Positions 1 to 9,900 of a stretch of 64,000 bases of DNA are shown here, in pieces. Every line of letters begins with the position of its first letter. The stretch's first letter is position 1. The stretch comes from a virus (lineage: Duplodnaviria; Heunggongvirae; Uroviricota; Caudoviricetes). Under the pieces are notes generated by a model that saw only the letters and a list, made by a program, of their open reading frames with translations, had not been told where the DNA came from and did not search any database. Position numbers and translations under genes: made by a program. Where the stretch lies: the IMG/VR virus record IMGVR_UViG_3300034170_000024, positions 2,117-66,116 of that record; one strand, 5' to 3'.

Positions 1-1
1 C

Positions 2-673
2 GAAGCTTCTTTCAACATGTACACTCGTATGATGGAAAGGGCGCACCAAGCAAAACAAAGTGGTTTCATTCTACCAATGTTGCTTGATAACGACGGCAAC
101 AAGATGTTTGACTTTGAGATTAAAAACATCTCTGGTCAGAAGTCATATGATGTCAACGCTATTATCGCTCGTTATGTAAGAGAGATTCAAGTTGCACTTT
201 TCGCTGACGTATTGTCTATGGGTGGTGGTTCTGGTGGTAGTTACTCTCTTGCTGAATCGAAAGTAAGCTTCATTAACATGGCTGTAAATAGTCGGTTGAA
301 TGAACTGAAAGACCAGTTTAACCACAAGCTTATTCCTACATTGTTTGAACAGAATGGTTGGGATACGGACATTGTTCCTTATCTTGATTTCGATGTTCCT
401 AACAGTGAGACATTGGAAACAGTTGGTAAATACCTACAAATGACAGCGGCTGTTGGACTTATTCCACTTGTGCCTGAAGTTGTTAACTTTGTACTTGAGA
501 AAGCTGGTATTGATTATCGAGTTCCTGATGACATTGAACCTGAGAAGCTTAGGGAGATGATGACAAACTTCACTTCTGAATCTGGTGGTGGATTGGAGTC
601 TGGTCTTCCGGGAAGTAACGGTAGAGGTACAGGTGCTAATGGTGATCCTGATACAGCAAACAAAGGGAGTTAA
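2..673 (+). CDS. portal protein, C-terminal portion (gene begins upstream of window)
   Basis: open frame runs off the 5' edge; lies directly upstream of an S49-type prohead protease as in lambda-like head modules; Gly/Ser-rich C-terminus. Confidence 0.5.
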   Translation, partial: EASFNMYTRMMERAHQAKQSGFILPMLLDNDGNKMFDFEIKNISGQKSYDVNAIIARYVREIQVALFADVLSMGGGSGGSYSLAESKVSFINMAVNSRLNELKDQFNHKLIPTLFEQNGWDTDIVPYLDFDVPNSETLETVGKYLQMTAAVGLIPLVPEVVNFVLEKAGIDYRVPDDIEPEKLREMMTNFTSESGGGLESGLPGSNGRGTGANGDPDTANKGS

Positions 674-675
674 TT

Positions 676-2013
676 ATGGCTCATAGCCTCGCACGTATTA
701 AAGGTTCGTTGGTTAACACTCCTCATCTTATCGAACAAAGTTCTTTCGATAGCATTATGGAATACGTTAACTCACGAATCGAGGGGAACATTGTTGATGT
801 AACCCCTGAAGCAAAATCTGATGATTATGATCGTCCGGCTTATGTGTCTGACACTGCAACTGGTGTTATGTACATCGACGGTCCACTGACTTATCGAACA
901 TCTGGTTGGGAAGCATTGTGTGGTGGTACATCATACGAAATGCTGAAAGGTCAAATGGAATACTTCGTTGAGGAAGGTGCAAAGACTGTTGTAATGATGG
1001 TCAACTCAGGTGGTGGTGAAGCACACGGTATGATGGATAGTGCAAACTATCTACGCAAACTGGCTGATGACAACGGTATCAAGATCATTGCATATGTAGA
1101 TGGTATGTCAGCTTCTGCTGCATATGGTATCTCATGTATTGCTGATGAAATCGTAATGTCTTCGGATAGTCAGGTTGGTAGTATCGGTGTTCTTATCCAA
1201 CTTATGAACAACAGCAAGCAGCTTGAGAAAGCTGGTATTGAACGTACATTCATTACTGCTGGTGAAGACAAGGTTCCATTTGCTGCTGACGGATCATTTA
1301 CAGAATCGTTTAAAGAGCGACTTCAAACTCAAGTAGATGTTCTTTATGAAGGATTTACAAGTCATGTAGCTGAACATCGTGGTATCGATATCTCTGCCGT
1401 TAAAGGTACACAAGCAAATGTGTTCATGGCAGAAGAGGCTCTTAAACTTGGACTTGCTGATTCGGTAATGACAGTTGAAGAATTTTATGACTATGTAGCT
1501 GATGCTGCTGAACAAAATAACAAAGGAGGGAACACCATGAAAGGTGCCTTGAAATTTATGAATCGTGAGGATAAAACAGAAATGGCTAAGCTAGACGAAC
1601 TGCAAGCACTGCTTAGTGCAGAACAAGAGGCACGTGCAACTGCTGAAGCATCGCTGACTACTCTCGGTGAACAACTGGCTTCATTGACTTCACAACTGGG
1701 TGAGTTCAAGGCTGCTCAAGAAGAAGCTGCTCGTGTTGCTGCTGAAGCTGTAGTTGCTGGTCGTAAGGCTGCACTTGCTGAAGTTGTCCCTGCACTTGAA
1801 CTTGAAAACTATATGACTAACATGTCCAGTCTTGACGAAGGTGCTTTCACCTTTATGGTTGGTCAACTGAAAGCTGTTAAAGAAACACGTGCAGATGGTT
1901 TCAAAGCTGTAGGTCAGGAAGGTGTTGAAGAAGAAGATGACACACCTGCTGTATCCACTGCTGATGCAATTCGTGCTGCTGGTGTTGAACGAGCTAAAGC
2001 CCTTCGCGGTTAA
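676..2013 (+). CDS. prohead protease (S49/ClpP-like, lambda gpC-type) with scaffold-like coiled-coil C-terminal third
   Basis: motifs VNSGGGEAHG and GMSASAAYGI typical of S49/SppA serine proteases; C-terminal ~150 aa A/E/L/Q-rich heptad-like region; position between portal and capsid genes. Confidence 0.75.
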   Translation: MAHSLARIKGSLVNTPHLIEQSSFDSIMEYVNSRIEGNIVDVTPEAKSDDYDRPAYVSDTATGVMYIDGPLTYRTSGWEALCGGTSYEMLKGQMEYFVEEGAKTVVMMVNSGGGEAHGMMDSANYLRKLADDNGIKIIAYVDGMSASAAYGISCIADEIVMSSDSQVGSIGVLIQLMNNSKQLEKAGIERTFITAGEDKVPFAADGSFTESFKERLQTQVDVLYEGFTSHVAEHRGIDISAVKGTQANVFMAEEALKLGLADSVMTVEEFYDYVADAAEQNNKGGNTMKGALKFMNREDKTEMAKLDELQALLSAEQEARATAEASLTTLGEQLASLTSQLGEFKAAQEEAARVAAEAVVAGRKAALAEVVPALELENYMTNMSSLDEGAFTFMVGQLKAVKETRADGFKAVGQEGVEEEDDTPAVSTADAIRAAGVERAKALRG

Positions 2014-2040
2014 TTACAAACTTATTAGAGGATACACATA

Positions 2041-2484
2041 ATGGCTTTCACTGAACTTAAAATGCTGAAGTACGCTTCTGACTTGGTTATCGATCACAAA
2101 GATTTCCACTTCAGCAATGAAGATATTAATATTACCCCTGCCGGTGTTATGCCACTAGGTACAATTGTTGCTCGTGCTAAAGGTGGCACTGCTGAAGCTC
2201 CTTACAAAGTAGTTACAGTTGCTGGTGATGTAGTTGATACAAACGAATTCGCAGTTGTCTTCGGTGATCATCACTCTTTCCGCTACGACTTCACTCCTAA
2301 AGCAATTGCTGCTGGTAAGTGGAACGCAGTAGGTATTGTACGTGGTGCTGCTTTCAAAGAGTTCTACATCAAAGCAAACTACGCAACTGTACTGGGTGCT
2401 GTTCCTTACGCCAAACTGAAACAGCTTATGGCTGCTCAAGGTTTGCTGGTTCTGGAAGACGTCTCCGACTTCAAAGCTGTATAA
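2041..2484 (+). CDS. head decoration / minor capsid protein (gpD position)
   Basis: 147-aa ORF with SD, located between protease-scaffold and major capsid gene; hairpin after stop. Confidence 0.4.
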   Translation: MAFTELKMLKYASDLVIDHKDFHFSNEDINITPAGVMPLGTIVARAKGGTAEAPYKVVTVAGDVVDTNEFAVVFGDHHSFRYDFTPKAIAAGKWNAVGIVRGAAFKEFYIKANYATVLGAVPYAKLKQLMAAQGLLVLEDVSDFKAV

Positions 2485-2496
2485 ACAACTTTAAAT

Positions 2497-2516
2497 AGGG
2501 GACCAATGTCCCCTTC
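2497..2516 (+). terminator. weak hairpin GGGGAC-caat-GTCCCC after decoration-position gene
   Basis: perfect 6-bp stem, short T tract. Confidence 0.3.
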
Positions 2517-2537
2517 ACCAAATAAAAGGAAAGAATT

Positions 2538-3635
2538 ATGTCTCTGATTATCGACAAGAATATTGATCGCCTGTCGCAAGGTAAATTTGTTGAACTTACC
2601 GATATCTTGGTAGAACTGCCTCGTAATATTTCGATCATCGACCAACTGGGTCTGTTCGAAGAAGTATTTGTTACCCAGAAGAAAATCGAAATTCAACGTA
2701 CCAGCTACAGCAACCATCTGATCAAAGATAAGAACTGGGAAGCTAAAGCTGACACCATGGTTTCGAAACCAAAGAAAGGTTTCATCCAAATCAAGATTCC
2801 TAACTTTGAACTGCAAGATGCAATCAAGCCACAAGACATCGACGGTGTTGCAACTGTTAACTCGATCCAAGAAGCTGCTCAGTTGGAAACAGTTATGGAT
2901 GTACGTTTGGAGAAGTTGACTTACCTGAACGGTGCTTTCGACCTGACTGCTGATGTTGCTCGTATGCAGTTGCTGACCAAAGGTACTGTGTATGCTCCAG
3001 AAGGTACTCTGGCTACGTCGTACGGCGATACTGTTGACTTCTATCAAGAGATGGGCGTTACTCGTCAGACTCATGACCTGAAGCTGGTAGGTTCTGCTGA
3101 CCCACGTATCTCTTGCTCGCAACTGGTTCGTAAGATGCGTGAAGCTCTGCGTAACACTCCAACTGCCGGTAACTATCGTCAACTGGTTCTGTTGTGCGGT
3201 ACTGACTTCTTCGACGCAGTTTACACCAACCCGTTTGTTACTGAAGCAATCAAGTACTTCGCACAAGATTTGAACAAAATCCTGCTGAAGACTCCTGATA
3301 CTGCTGCTGGTATGGATGCTAACTTCCGTACTCTGTCCCTGTGGGGTCTGGTATTCATCGACGCTGGTACTGGTGGTTACGAAGATGCTGCTGGTGTGTT
3401 CCAACCTTGGATCGCTGCTAACAAAGCCGTAGCTGTTCCAACTGGTGTTCGTGGTATGTTCAAGACTTACTACGCTCCAGCTAACACCTTCTCAGCTATC
3501 AACAAGCGTGCTCAAGGTCGTTACTACTTCGAACGTCTGAACGAAGAAGATGACCTGATCCAAATGAAGGTTGGTTCTAACTTCATGAACGGTCTGATCT
3601 ACCCAGCAGCCGTTATGGATATCACATTTAGCTAA
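2538..3635 (+). CDS. major capsid protein
   Basis: 365-aa ORF with strong SD (aaaggaaag), followed by strong intrinsic terminator, position after protease/scaffold as in HK97/lambda-type head modules. Confidence 0.7.
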   Translation: MSLIIDKNIDRLSQGKFVELTDILVELPRNISIIDQLGLFEEVFVTQKKIEIQRTSYSNHLIKDKNWEAKADTMVSKPKKGFIQIKIPNFELQDAIKPQDIDGVATVNSIQEAAQLETVMDVRLEKLTYLNGAFDLTADVARMQLLTKGTVYAPEGTLATSYGDTVDFYQEMGVTRQTHDLKLVGSADPRISCSQLVRKMREALRNTPTAGNYRQLVLLCGTDFFDAVYTNPFVTEAIKYFAQDLNKILLKTPDTAAGMDANFRTLSLWGLVFIDAGTGGYEDAAGVFQPWIAANKAVAVPTGVRGMFKTYYAPANTFSAINKRAQGRYYFERLNEEDDLIQMKVGSNFMNGLIYPAAVMDITFS

Positions 3636-3650
3636 GTTGTAAACCTCAAT

Positions 3651-3681
3651 AGGGCTGGCGTAAAGCTGGCCCTTTTGTTTA
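3651..3681 (+). terminator. rho-independent terminator after capsid gene
   Basis: 9-bp stem AGGGCUGGC/GCUGGCCCU (two G-U pairs) followed by UUUUGUUUAU. Confidence 0.65.
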
Positions 3682-4259
3682 TCAGGAGATTTAATATGGA
3701 TGAAGAAGAGATTCCAGTAACTCCAGACGAACCTGTTATTGAAGATGGTGACGGTACAGAAGTAACTGAACCAGAAATACCAGAAGTAACTGAACCGACT
3801 GAGCCTGAAATACCAACTGAACCTGAAGTGCCTGAGCTTAGTGAAGAAGAACAAATCATCGCTGACAAGATTTCTATTATTGCTTTGATGATTGGTGATA
3901 TTGAAGGTGGTCCTTACTACCCGATGTTTACACCTGAACAATATGCTAAGTTCCTAAAGGCTGCAAAAGGTAATTTAAACCGAGCTGCCGTACTCGCTGC
4001 AATCTCTTCCGGTTACATGGTTTCCGGTGAGAGTTCAAGGGAAGTAATTGGTGAGCTACAGATTTCTAGTTCTACTGCATCTAACTATCTCAAACTGCTT
4101 GACTATTTGATTGCTACCGCTGGTAAGGTTCCGCCTGATAATCTCATGCCATGGTTTGCTGGTGCAGATGAATGCGATAAAAACAAGTTGCTTCAATTCG
4201 AACTATGTGATCCACGTCATGGACGATCTTTTGGTGATATTTGCCAAAGGGGTTGCTAA
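3675..4259 (+). CDS. acidic head-completion/packaging accessory protein (gpFI position)
   Basis: N-terminal 50 aa of tandem PE/TEPE acidic repeats; sits right after capsid gene. Confidence 0.3.
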   Translation: MFIRRFNMDEEEIPVTPDEPVIEDGDGTEVTEPEIPEVTEPTEPEIPTEPEVPELSEEEQIIADKISIIALMIGDIEGGPYYPMFTPEQYAKFLKAAKGNLNRAAVLAAISSGYMVSGESSREVIGELQISSSTASNYLKLLDYLIATAGKVPPDNLMPWFAGADECDKNKLLQFELCDPRHGRSFGDICQRGC

Positions 4260-4651
4260 TGTTAGGATTTCATGATAGAATGAGGGCAATGGTAATAAGA
4301 CAACTAGGTCTTCAACCTAAAGGTAAAGGTGCTCCAGTTACTTTCCACCAAAGAACTGGTGGTGGTTACGATCCTGAAACTGGTGGTGTCTATCCTGAAG
4401 TTGTAACTGAGTTCAATGGCTCAGGTGTCCGTGTCAACTATTCCGAATACGCATACAAGAATGTCGCTGTCGAATATGGTGACTTCCAAATCTATCTTTC
4501 ACCAGTACAAACAAATGGTGATCCTATGCCGCGTCCATCTATTGGTGATGAATTCACCTTTATTGATAAGCTTGCACGGGTTATAAACATATCACCGTTT
4601 AATGACAATGGTATTGATTGTGGATGGAAGTTACAGGTGAGATATGGATAA
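4259..4651 (+). CDS. head-tail connector protein (gpFII position)
   Basis: TAATG stop-start coupling with upstream gene; synteny. Confidence 0.3.
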   Translation: MLGFHDRMRAMVIRQLGLQPKGKGAPVTFHQRTGGGYDPETGGVYPEVVTEFNGSGVRVNYSEYAYKNVAVEYGDFQIYLSPVQTNGDPMPRPSIGDEFTFIDKLARVINISPFNDNGIDCGWKLQVRYG

Positions 4652-5048
4652 CTTCCTTGACACTATAAATGGTTGGATTGAAGAGACTGAAAGTCGTATT
4701 GACGAAACACTACAAACGATTGTACTTAAGATTGGTGAAACAGTTGTAACATTGTCTCCTGTTGATACAGGTAGATTTAAAGGTAACTGGCAACTTGGTA
4801 TCGATCAAACAACATCTGAAAGTTTAATCAGATATGATCAGGAAGGATTTGCAACTTTGTCAGAGATGGCACAGAAGGTTAACTCTTTTACTGCCGGTCA
4901 GATTGCTTACATTCAGAATCACGTTTTATATGGTTACGATCTTGAATATGGATCGTCTAAACAAGCACCTGATGGTGTCGTAAGGATTACCGCTCAACGA
5001 TTCACACGGATTGTGAACGAAGCTGTTGCTTTACACCGAGAACCATAA
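4644..5048 (+). CDS. tail completion protein (gpZ position)
   Basis: ATG overlapping upstream stop, SD AGGTGAG; synteny. Confidence 0.3.
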   Translation: MDNFLDTINGWIEETESRIDETLQTIVLKIGETVVTLSPVDTGRFKGNWQLGIDQTTSESLIRYDQEGFATLSEMAQKVNSFTAGQIAYIQNHVLYGYDLEYGSSKQAPDGVVRITAQRFTRIVNEAVALHREP

Positions 5049-5060
5049 TGGGAGGTTTAT

Positions 5061-5486
5061 ATGAGTCACGGACGAATTCGCAAACTCTTCTCTGATAAGC
5101 TTCTTGAATATGTAACAAGTACAGACAGTCCAAAGCCGTTGTCTTATTCATTTGACAACATAAAAAAGAATGGTCCTGAATCTGCTGATTACATTGAAGC
5201 TCACATTATCCCATCTGATACATTTTCGGATACATTAGGTGGCGACCATACAGCATTCATTGGAATGTATCAGATGACAATTGTTGTGCAATACAACACT
5301 GGCTACGTTAAGGTTGAGAAGATCGTAGAACATCTACAGAATGCCTTTAAAATTAACAAGGTATTCACTGATGCAAGTGGTTTCTCGGTCCAAGTAATTA
5401 GCCCAATAAAAACTGCTGAAGGTAAACAGAGTGGTATTCAATGGCGAGTGCCTTGTTACTTTGAATATCGTTCTGACACAAATTAA
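5061..5486 (+). CDS. tail terminator protein (gpU position)
   Basis: 141 aa, SD GGGAGG; directly upstream of major tail gene. Confidence 0.35.
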   Translation: MSHGRIRKLFSDKLLEYVTSTDSPKPLSYSFDNIKKNGPESADYIEAHIIPSDTFSDTLGGDHTAFIGMYQMTIVVQYNTGYVKVEKIVEHLQNAFKINKVFTDASGFSVQVISPIKTAEGKQSGIQWRVPCYFEYRSDTN

Positions 5487-5509
5487 TACATCACAAGAGG
5501 ATATAAATC

Positions 5510-6160
5510 ATGGCTTTTCGTTTGCCTAACGGTTCCACCTTCGACTTCGCTGAAGAGTATGGTCCTGACGTTACAATCACCGCTATTTCTAACGGTAACC
5601 CTGCTGTAGCTTCGGCTGCTGGTCACACTCTTGTTGAGGGTGATATCGTAGTTGTTACTTCTGGTTGGGTAAAGCTTACCGGTCGTGCCTTTAAAGTAGG
5701 TGAAGTTGCCGCTGGTACTTTTGAACTGTTGGGTGTTAACACTACTTCTACTCAAAGCTACCCAGCCGGTACATCCGCTGGTACTGCTAAGAAAGTTAGT
5801 AAGTGGGTAAACATTCCACAGATTACTGAAGTAGCATCGTCTGGTGGTGAGCAACAGTTCTACCAGTTCGGCTTCCTTGAAGAAGACGAAGATCGTCAGA
5901 TTCCAACTACCAAGTCCCCATCGACTCTGACCCTGACTGTTGCGGATGACCCTTCTCAACCATACGTTCCAGTAGTTGAAGCTGCTGACGAATTGAAAGA
6001 AGAGCGTATTCAACGTTTGAACTTGGTTAACGGTGATGTGATCCTGTATAACTCGATTGCTTCTATTACCAACACCCCGTCGTTGACTCGTAACCAGATC
6101 ATGGTTCGTACTATTACTCTGGCCCAACAAGGTCGTGTAACTCGTTATAAAGCTGCTTAA
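5510..6160 (+). CDS. major tail (tube) protein
   Basis: 216 aa, immediately upstream of G/GT chaperone pair and tape measure; followed by strong terminator (high-expression signature). Confidence 0.6.
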   Translation: MAFRLPNGSTFDFAEEYGPDVTITAISNGNPAVASAAGHTLVEGDIVVVTSGWVKLTGRAFKVGEVAAGTFELLGVNTTSTQSYPAGTSAGTAKKVSKWVNIPQITEVASSGGEQQFYQFGFLEEDEDRQIPTTKSPSTLTLTVADDPSQPYVPVVEAADELKEERIQRLNLVNGDVILYNSIASITNTPSLTRNQIMVRTITLAQQGRVTRYKAA

Positions 6161-6185
6161 TAGTAATATGCACGCAAGTGCTTCC

Positions 6186-6224
6186 ATGCCCTTGCCTTAT
6201 TTGAGGTGAGGGCATTTTCATTTC
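6186..6224 (+). terminator. rho-independent terminator after major tail gene
   Basis: ATGCCCT...AGGGCAT 7-bp stem followed by TTTTCATTT. Confidence 0.6.
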
Positions 6225-6238
6225 TAAGGAGAAATAAT

Positions 6239-6643
6239 ATGGCTGGTAAATCTTTTAAACTACAAATGAATCCAACTTTCAAAGCTGCTGTTAAAATCCC
6301 ACGTGTTGGTGGTGAACCTCTTGCTGTTACATTCACATTTAAAGCATTGGATCGTCGTGGTTTGGCTAAAATCTTTGACAAGTGGAAAACTGAGAATATC
6401 GCTCTGATTGAAGAGTCTAAGTCTGCTGCTGAAAATGGTAAAGAGTTCACACTTGAGGATTGGGCAGATCGTGAGATTGAACTTCAAGTACAACAGATTA
6501 AGGACATTACCGAAGGTTGGGGTTTCAGTGATGAATTCAGTGATGAAAACATTGAAGAACTAGTATCCAGCTCTGTTTCTGTAACTGATGCCATTCTTGA
6601 ACAATACAATGAAGCTTACACACGTGCTCGTTCGGGAAACTAA
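6239..6643 (+). CDS. tail assembly chaperone (gpG-like)
   Basis: 134 aa directly upstream of tape measure; ends in slippery heptamer GGGAAAC then TAA; SD taaggag. Confidence 0.7.
   Translation: MAGKSFKLQMNPTFKAAVKIPRVGGEPLAVTFTFKALDRRGLAKIFDKWKTENIALIEESKSAAENGKEFTLEDWADREIELQVQQIKDITEGWGFSDEFSDENIEELVSSSVSVTDAILEQYNEAYTRARSGN
6634..6640 (+). other. -1 programmed ribosomal frameshift site G GGA AAC
   Basis: canonical XXXYYYZ heptamer in zero frame two codons before gpG-like stop; the -1 frame stays open to 6972 overlapping tape-measure start. Confidence 0.7.
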
Positions 6644-6972
6644 TATGCGCTGCTAATGCCTTGTATGCCCGTAGTGCCGACAAGCACCAAGCAGGTTTGT
6701 TCGGATTGACACTTGAGGAAATCCCAGAAGAAGATGTACTTGTCTGGGATATCAACTGGAATACATTTAATCTCTTTATGGCATTAACAACGCAATGGAG
6801 AGTAGGCATGGGTGGTGCAACTGGTTTGGATTACGCAGTTATCCCTACTGTTGGAAAAATGCTTGGATTCAAAAAGAAAGATATTAACGACATGTTCCCA
6901 GACCTTCAAGTGATGGAGAACGAAGCACTCATCACTATGGGAGAAAATGACAAAAATGCCAACAATAGCTGA
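6634..6972 (+). CDS. gpT-like extension of frameshifted G-T chaperone fusion
   Basis: -1 frame open from slippery site to 6972; classic G/GT arrangement upstream of tape measure. Confidence 0.6.
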   Translation, partial: GKLICAANALYARSADKHQAGLFGLTLEEIPEEDVLVWDINWNTFNLFMALTTQWRVGMGGATGLDYAVIPTVGKMLGFKKKDINDMFPDLQVMENEALITMGENDKNANNS

Positions 6973-9900
6973 GTTACAGATTAACCTTGACGCACGCCCT
7001 ATTGAACAAGGTACAAAAGCACTTAATGATTTTGCAAGTGCTGCTGACCGTGCTTCAAAAGCTGGTAAAGCAAATCAAGAAACAAATAAACAAGGATCAT
7101 CAGTATCAGATAAAGCAGCAAAGAGTGAAGCTGATCTAAGTGCAATGATCGATGCTCAGACACGTAAACTTGAAACCCTTGGTGCCCAACGCCGTAAGTT
7201 AGAACAGTCTGGTATGAAAAGTAGCATGCCTACTGAGTATGAGCGACTGAACCGTATCATTGATGCGAACATTAGTTTGGTAATGCGTCAAGGTAATGCA
7301 GTTGAACAACTTACAGCCAAACAGGACAAGGACGTATCAAAACGTGAAGCTTCTGCACAAGCTCAGCTTCGTGTACAAGAGCGTATTCTTGATGCTGCTG
7401 TTCGTCAAGAGAACATTGTTTCTCGTGCTTCTGCAAAACAACAACGTGAAATTGAAACAACCATCAATGGTTTGAGTCGTCAGATTAAAGCACAGAACGA
7501 TTACAATGCCACAATCGAGAAACTTAATCGTGCTCGTGTAACTGGTCCAGACGGTAATATGGGTTCTGGTTCTTCTTTGTCGTCAGGTGAGTATGAAAGC
7601 TATGTTAAACTGGCTGGTGCAAAGCGTGACGCTGCTCTAGCTACAGAAGATAATAGTCGTGCTGTTATTCAAGCACAGAACAAGCTTGATACTTACACAG
7701 CTACACTTGGTCGAGTTGAACGTGCTGAAGTTGAGTACACACGAGCAATTAACGTTCTTAACCAAGCTCAGAAACTTGGACTGGTAACTGTTGATCAATA
7801 TGATCAGAAGCTGGCTTCATTCGCTAACAAACGTGATATGGCTGTTGCTGCTGCAAATGATAACGCTGCTGCTGAACAACGATTTGCTCGTGAACTGAAA
7901 AGCGTTATGTCCGCATATGATCCAGTACTTCGTGCTCAAGATCAGTATAACGCAAGTGTTAAGATTCTTTCCACAGGTCTTCAATCAGGAAGTATTACTG
8001 TTGAACAGTTCAACAAAGCATTGACAGAACAACGTCAAGCACTTGAAGGAGTTAAGCAAGCACAGGGTGGCTTGACCAATCTGGGATCAGAGTATGACTC
8101 TGCTTTGAACAAGCTCGTACCTTATCGTGCTGAACTGAAGAACCTTGAGCAACAAGAGAACATTCTAAGGGCTCAGAAAGAGGCTGGCAAGGTAACAACC
8201 GACCAACAGGTGAAAGACTATAACCAAGCGACTAACGCCATTCAGAGACAACGTGCGGAGCTTGAGAAGCGTGTTAAGTCTGGTAATGCTGCATCTCTTT
8301 CTTACAAACAGGAACAGGCTGCACTTCGTGGTATTCCGGCACAGATTACAGACATTGTTGTTTCATTGCAAGGTGGTCAAGCACCACTGACTGTACTGTT
8401 GCAACAAGGTGGTCAGATCAAAGATATGTTTGGTGGTATTGCACCAGCTATTCGTGGTTTGACAACAGGTTTACTCGCAATGATTAACCCTGTAACAATC
8501 GCTGCCGCTGGTGTTGCTGCTCTTGGTATTGCTGCTTATTCTGGTTCTGAAGAGCTTACTGGTTTTAACCGTGCAGTAATTCAATCAGGTGGTGCATCCG
8601 GTGTTAGTGCTAGTCAATTCTCTGCTTTCAGAGACTCACTTGATAAAACAACCACTACTGCTGGTAAGGCTGCTGAAGCACTTACGCAAATCGAGGCAAG
8701 TGGTAAGATTGCAGGTGATCAGTTTGTAAGTATTGCTGAGTCTGCTATTTTGCTTGAGAAAGCAACTGGTCAAGCATTGTCTAAAACAATTGAAGACTTT
8801 GCATCTCTTGGTAAAGACCCTGTTGATGCTGCTGTTAAATTGGATGAGAAGTATCGATTCCTTACAGCTTCTGTATTGGCTCAGGCTGATGCCCTTGTTC
8901 GTCAAGGTAACGAGACTGAAGCAGTTAAACTTCTGCAAGCTGAACTGAGTGAAGCTGCGACTGCAACAGCAACTCGTATGATTGAAGAAGCTGGTTTGAT
9001 TGAACGTTCATGGATGGGAATCAAATCTGTTGTTTCTGAGACTTGGGACTTACTGAAATCTATTGGTCGTGATAGTACCGCCAATGATGAACTCAATGCT
9101 CTTCAGGCAAAACAAGAAGCGCTTGAGACAAGACAACGTAACAACAAGGACTATGCTTTTGGTATCGGTGGTAGTGGTATCCAAAAAGAGATTGATGAAA
9201 CAAAAGAGCTTATCAAGCAAAAGCAACTTCGTCTAGACTACGAAAAGTTTGGTGCTGAACAGGCAGGTAAGACTGAGATAACTAGACGTGAGTCTGTTAG
9301 TGCTCAAGCTTCTGCCAACAAGCGTTATGAGTCTAGTATGAAGGGTGTTGAAAAGGCAGAACGCGAACTTCAAAAGGTTCGTCAAGAAAATGCTAAGATC
9401 GCTGCTGCTGGTAATGTCTCAAGCGAACAACGTAATATCCTTGCCGCTAACGAAGCTCGTGCTGTAAAAGAACTTGCTGATGCAAAAGAAAAGGCAAACA
9501 AACCGAAGGCTGCTGGTGCACTTGATACAACTAGCATTCAAGAAGTTAAGAGTAACTTGTCTGTTATCACTGCTGAGTATGAAGGTTACTATAAACGTGT
9601 AACTGCTCTTGGTGAATCTGGTCTTGTATCTGAAGAAGCTACGGCTGCGTCACAAAAAGCTATACTTGATCAACAACGTAAAGCTGTTACCGGTTCGTAT
9701 GACAAACAGATCGAATCTATCAAGAATCTTAGAGATAACAAGAAGAACTCTGCTGCACAAAATATCTCACTTGATAACCAGTTGACTAAAGCTGAATCAG
9801 AACGTTCTGTTGCAATGGAAAAGCTTGACGCTAAGATGGACGCCTTGCAGTCTAAAGAGGATGGTCGAATCAAGAAGCGTACAGCAAACATTGCATCTTA

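Noticed and set aside
2436-3404. 322-aa minus-strand ORF
   Set aside because: Entirely antisense to the major capsid gene, no SD, low-complexity S/T/V composition typical of shadow ORFs.
6661-6972. Stand-alone 103-aa ORF starting at ATG 6661
   Set aside because: Better explained as the -1 frame extension (gpT part) accessed by frameshifting at 6634-6640 than as an independently initiated gene.
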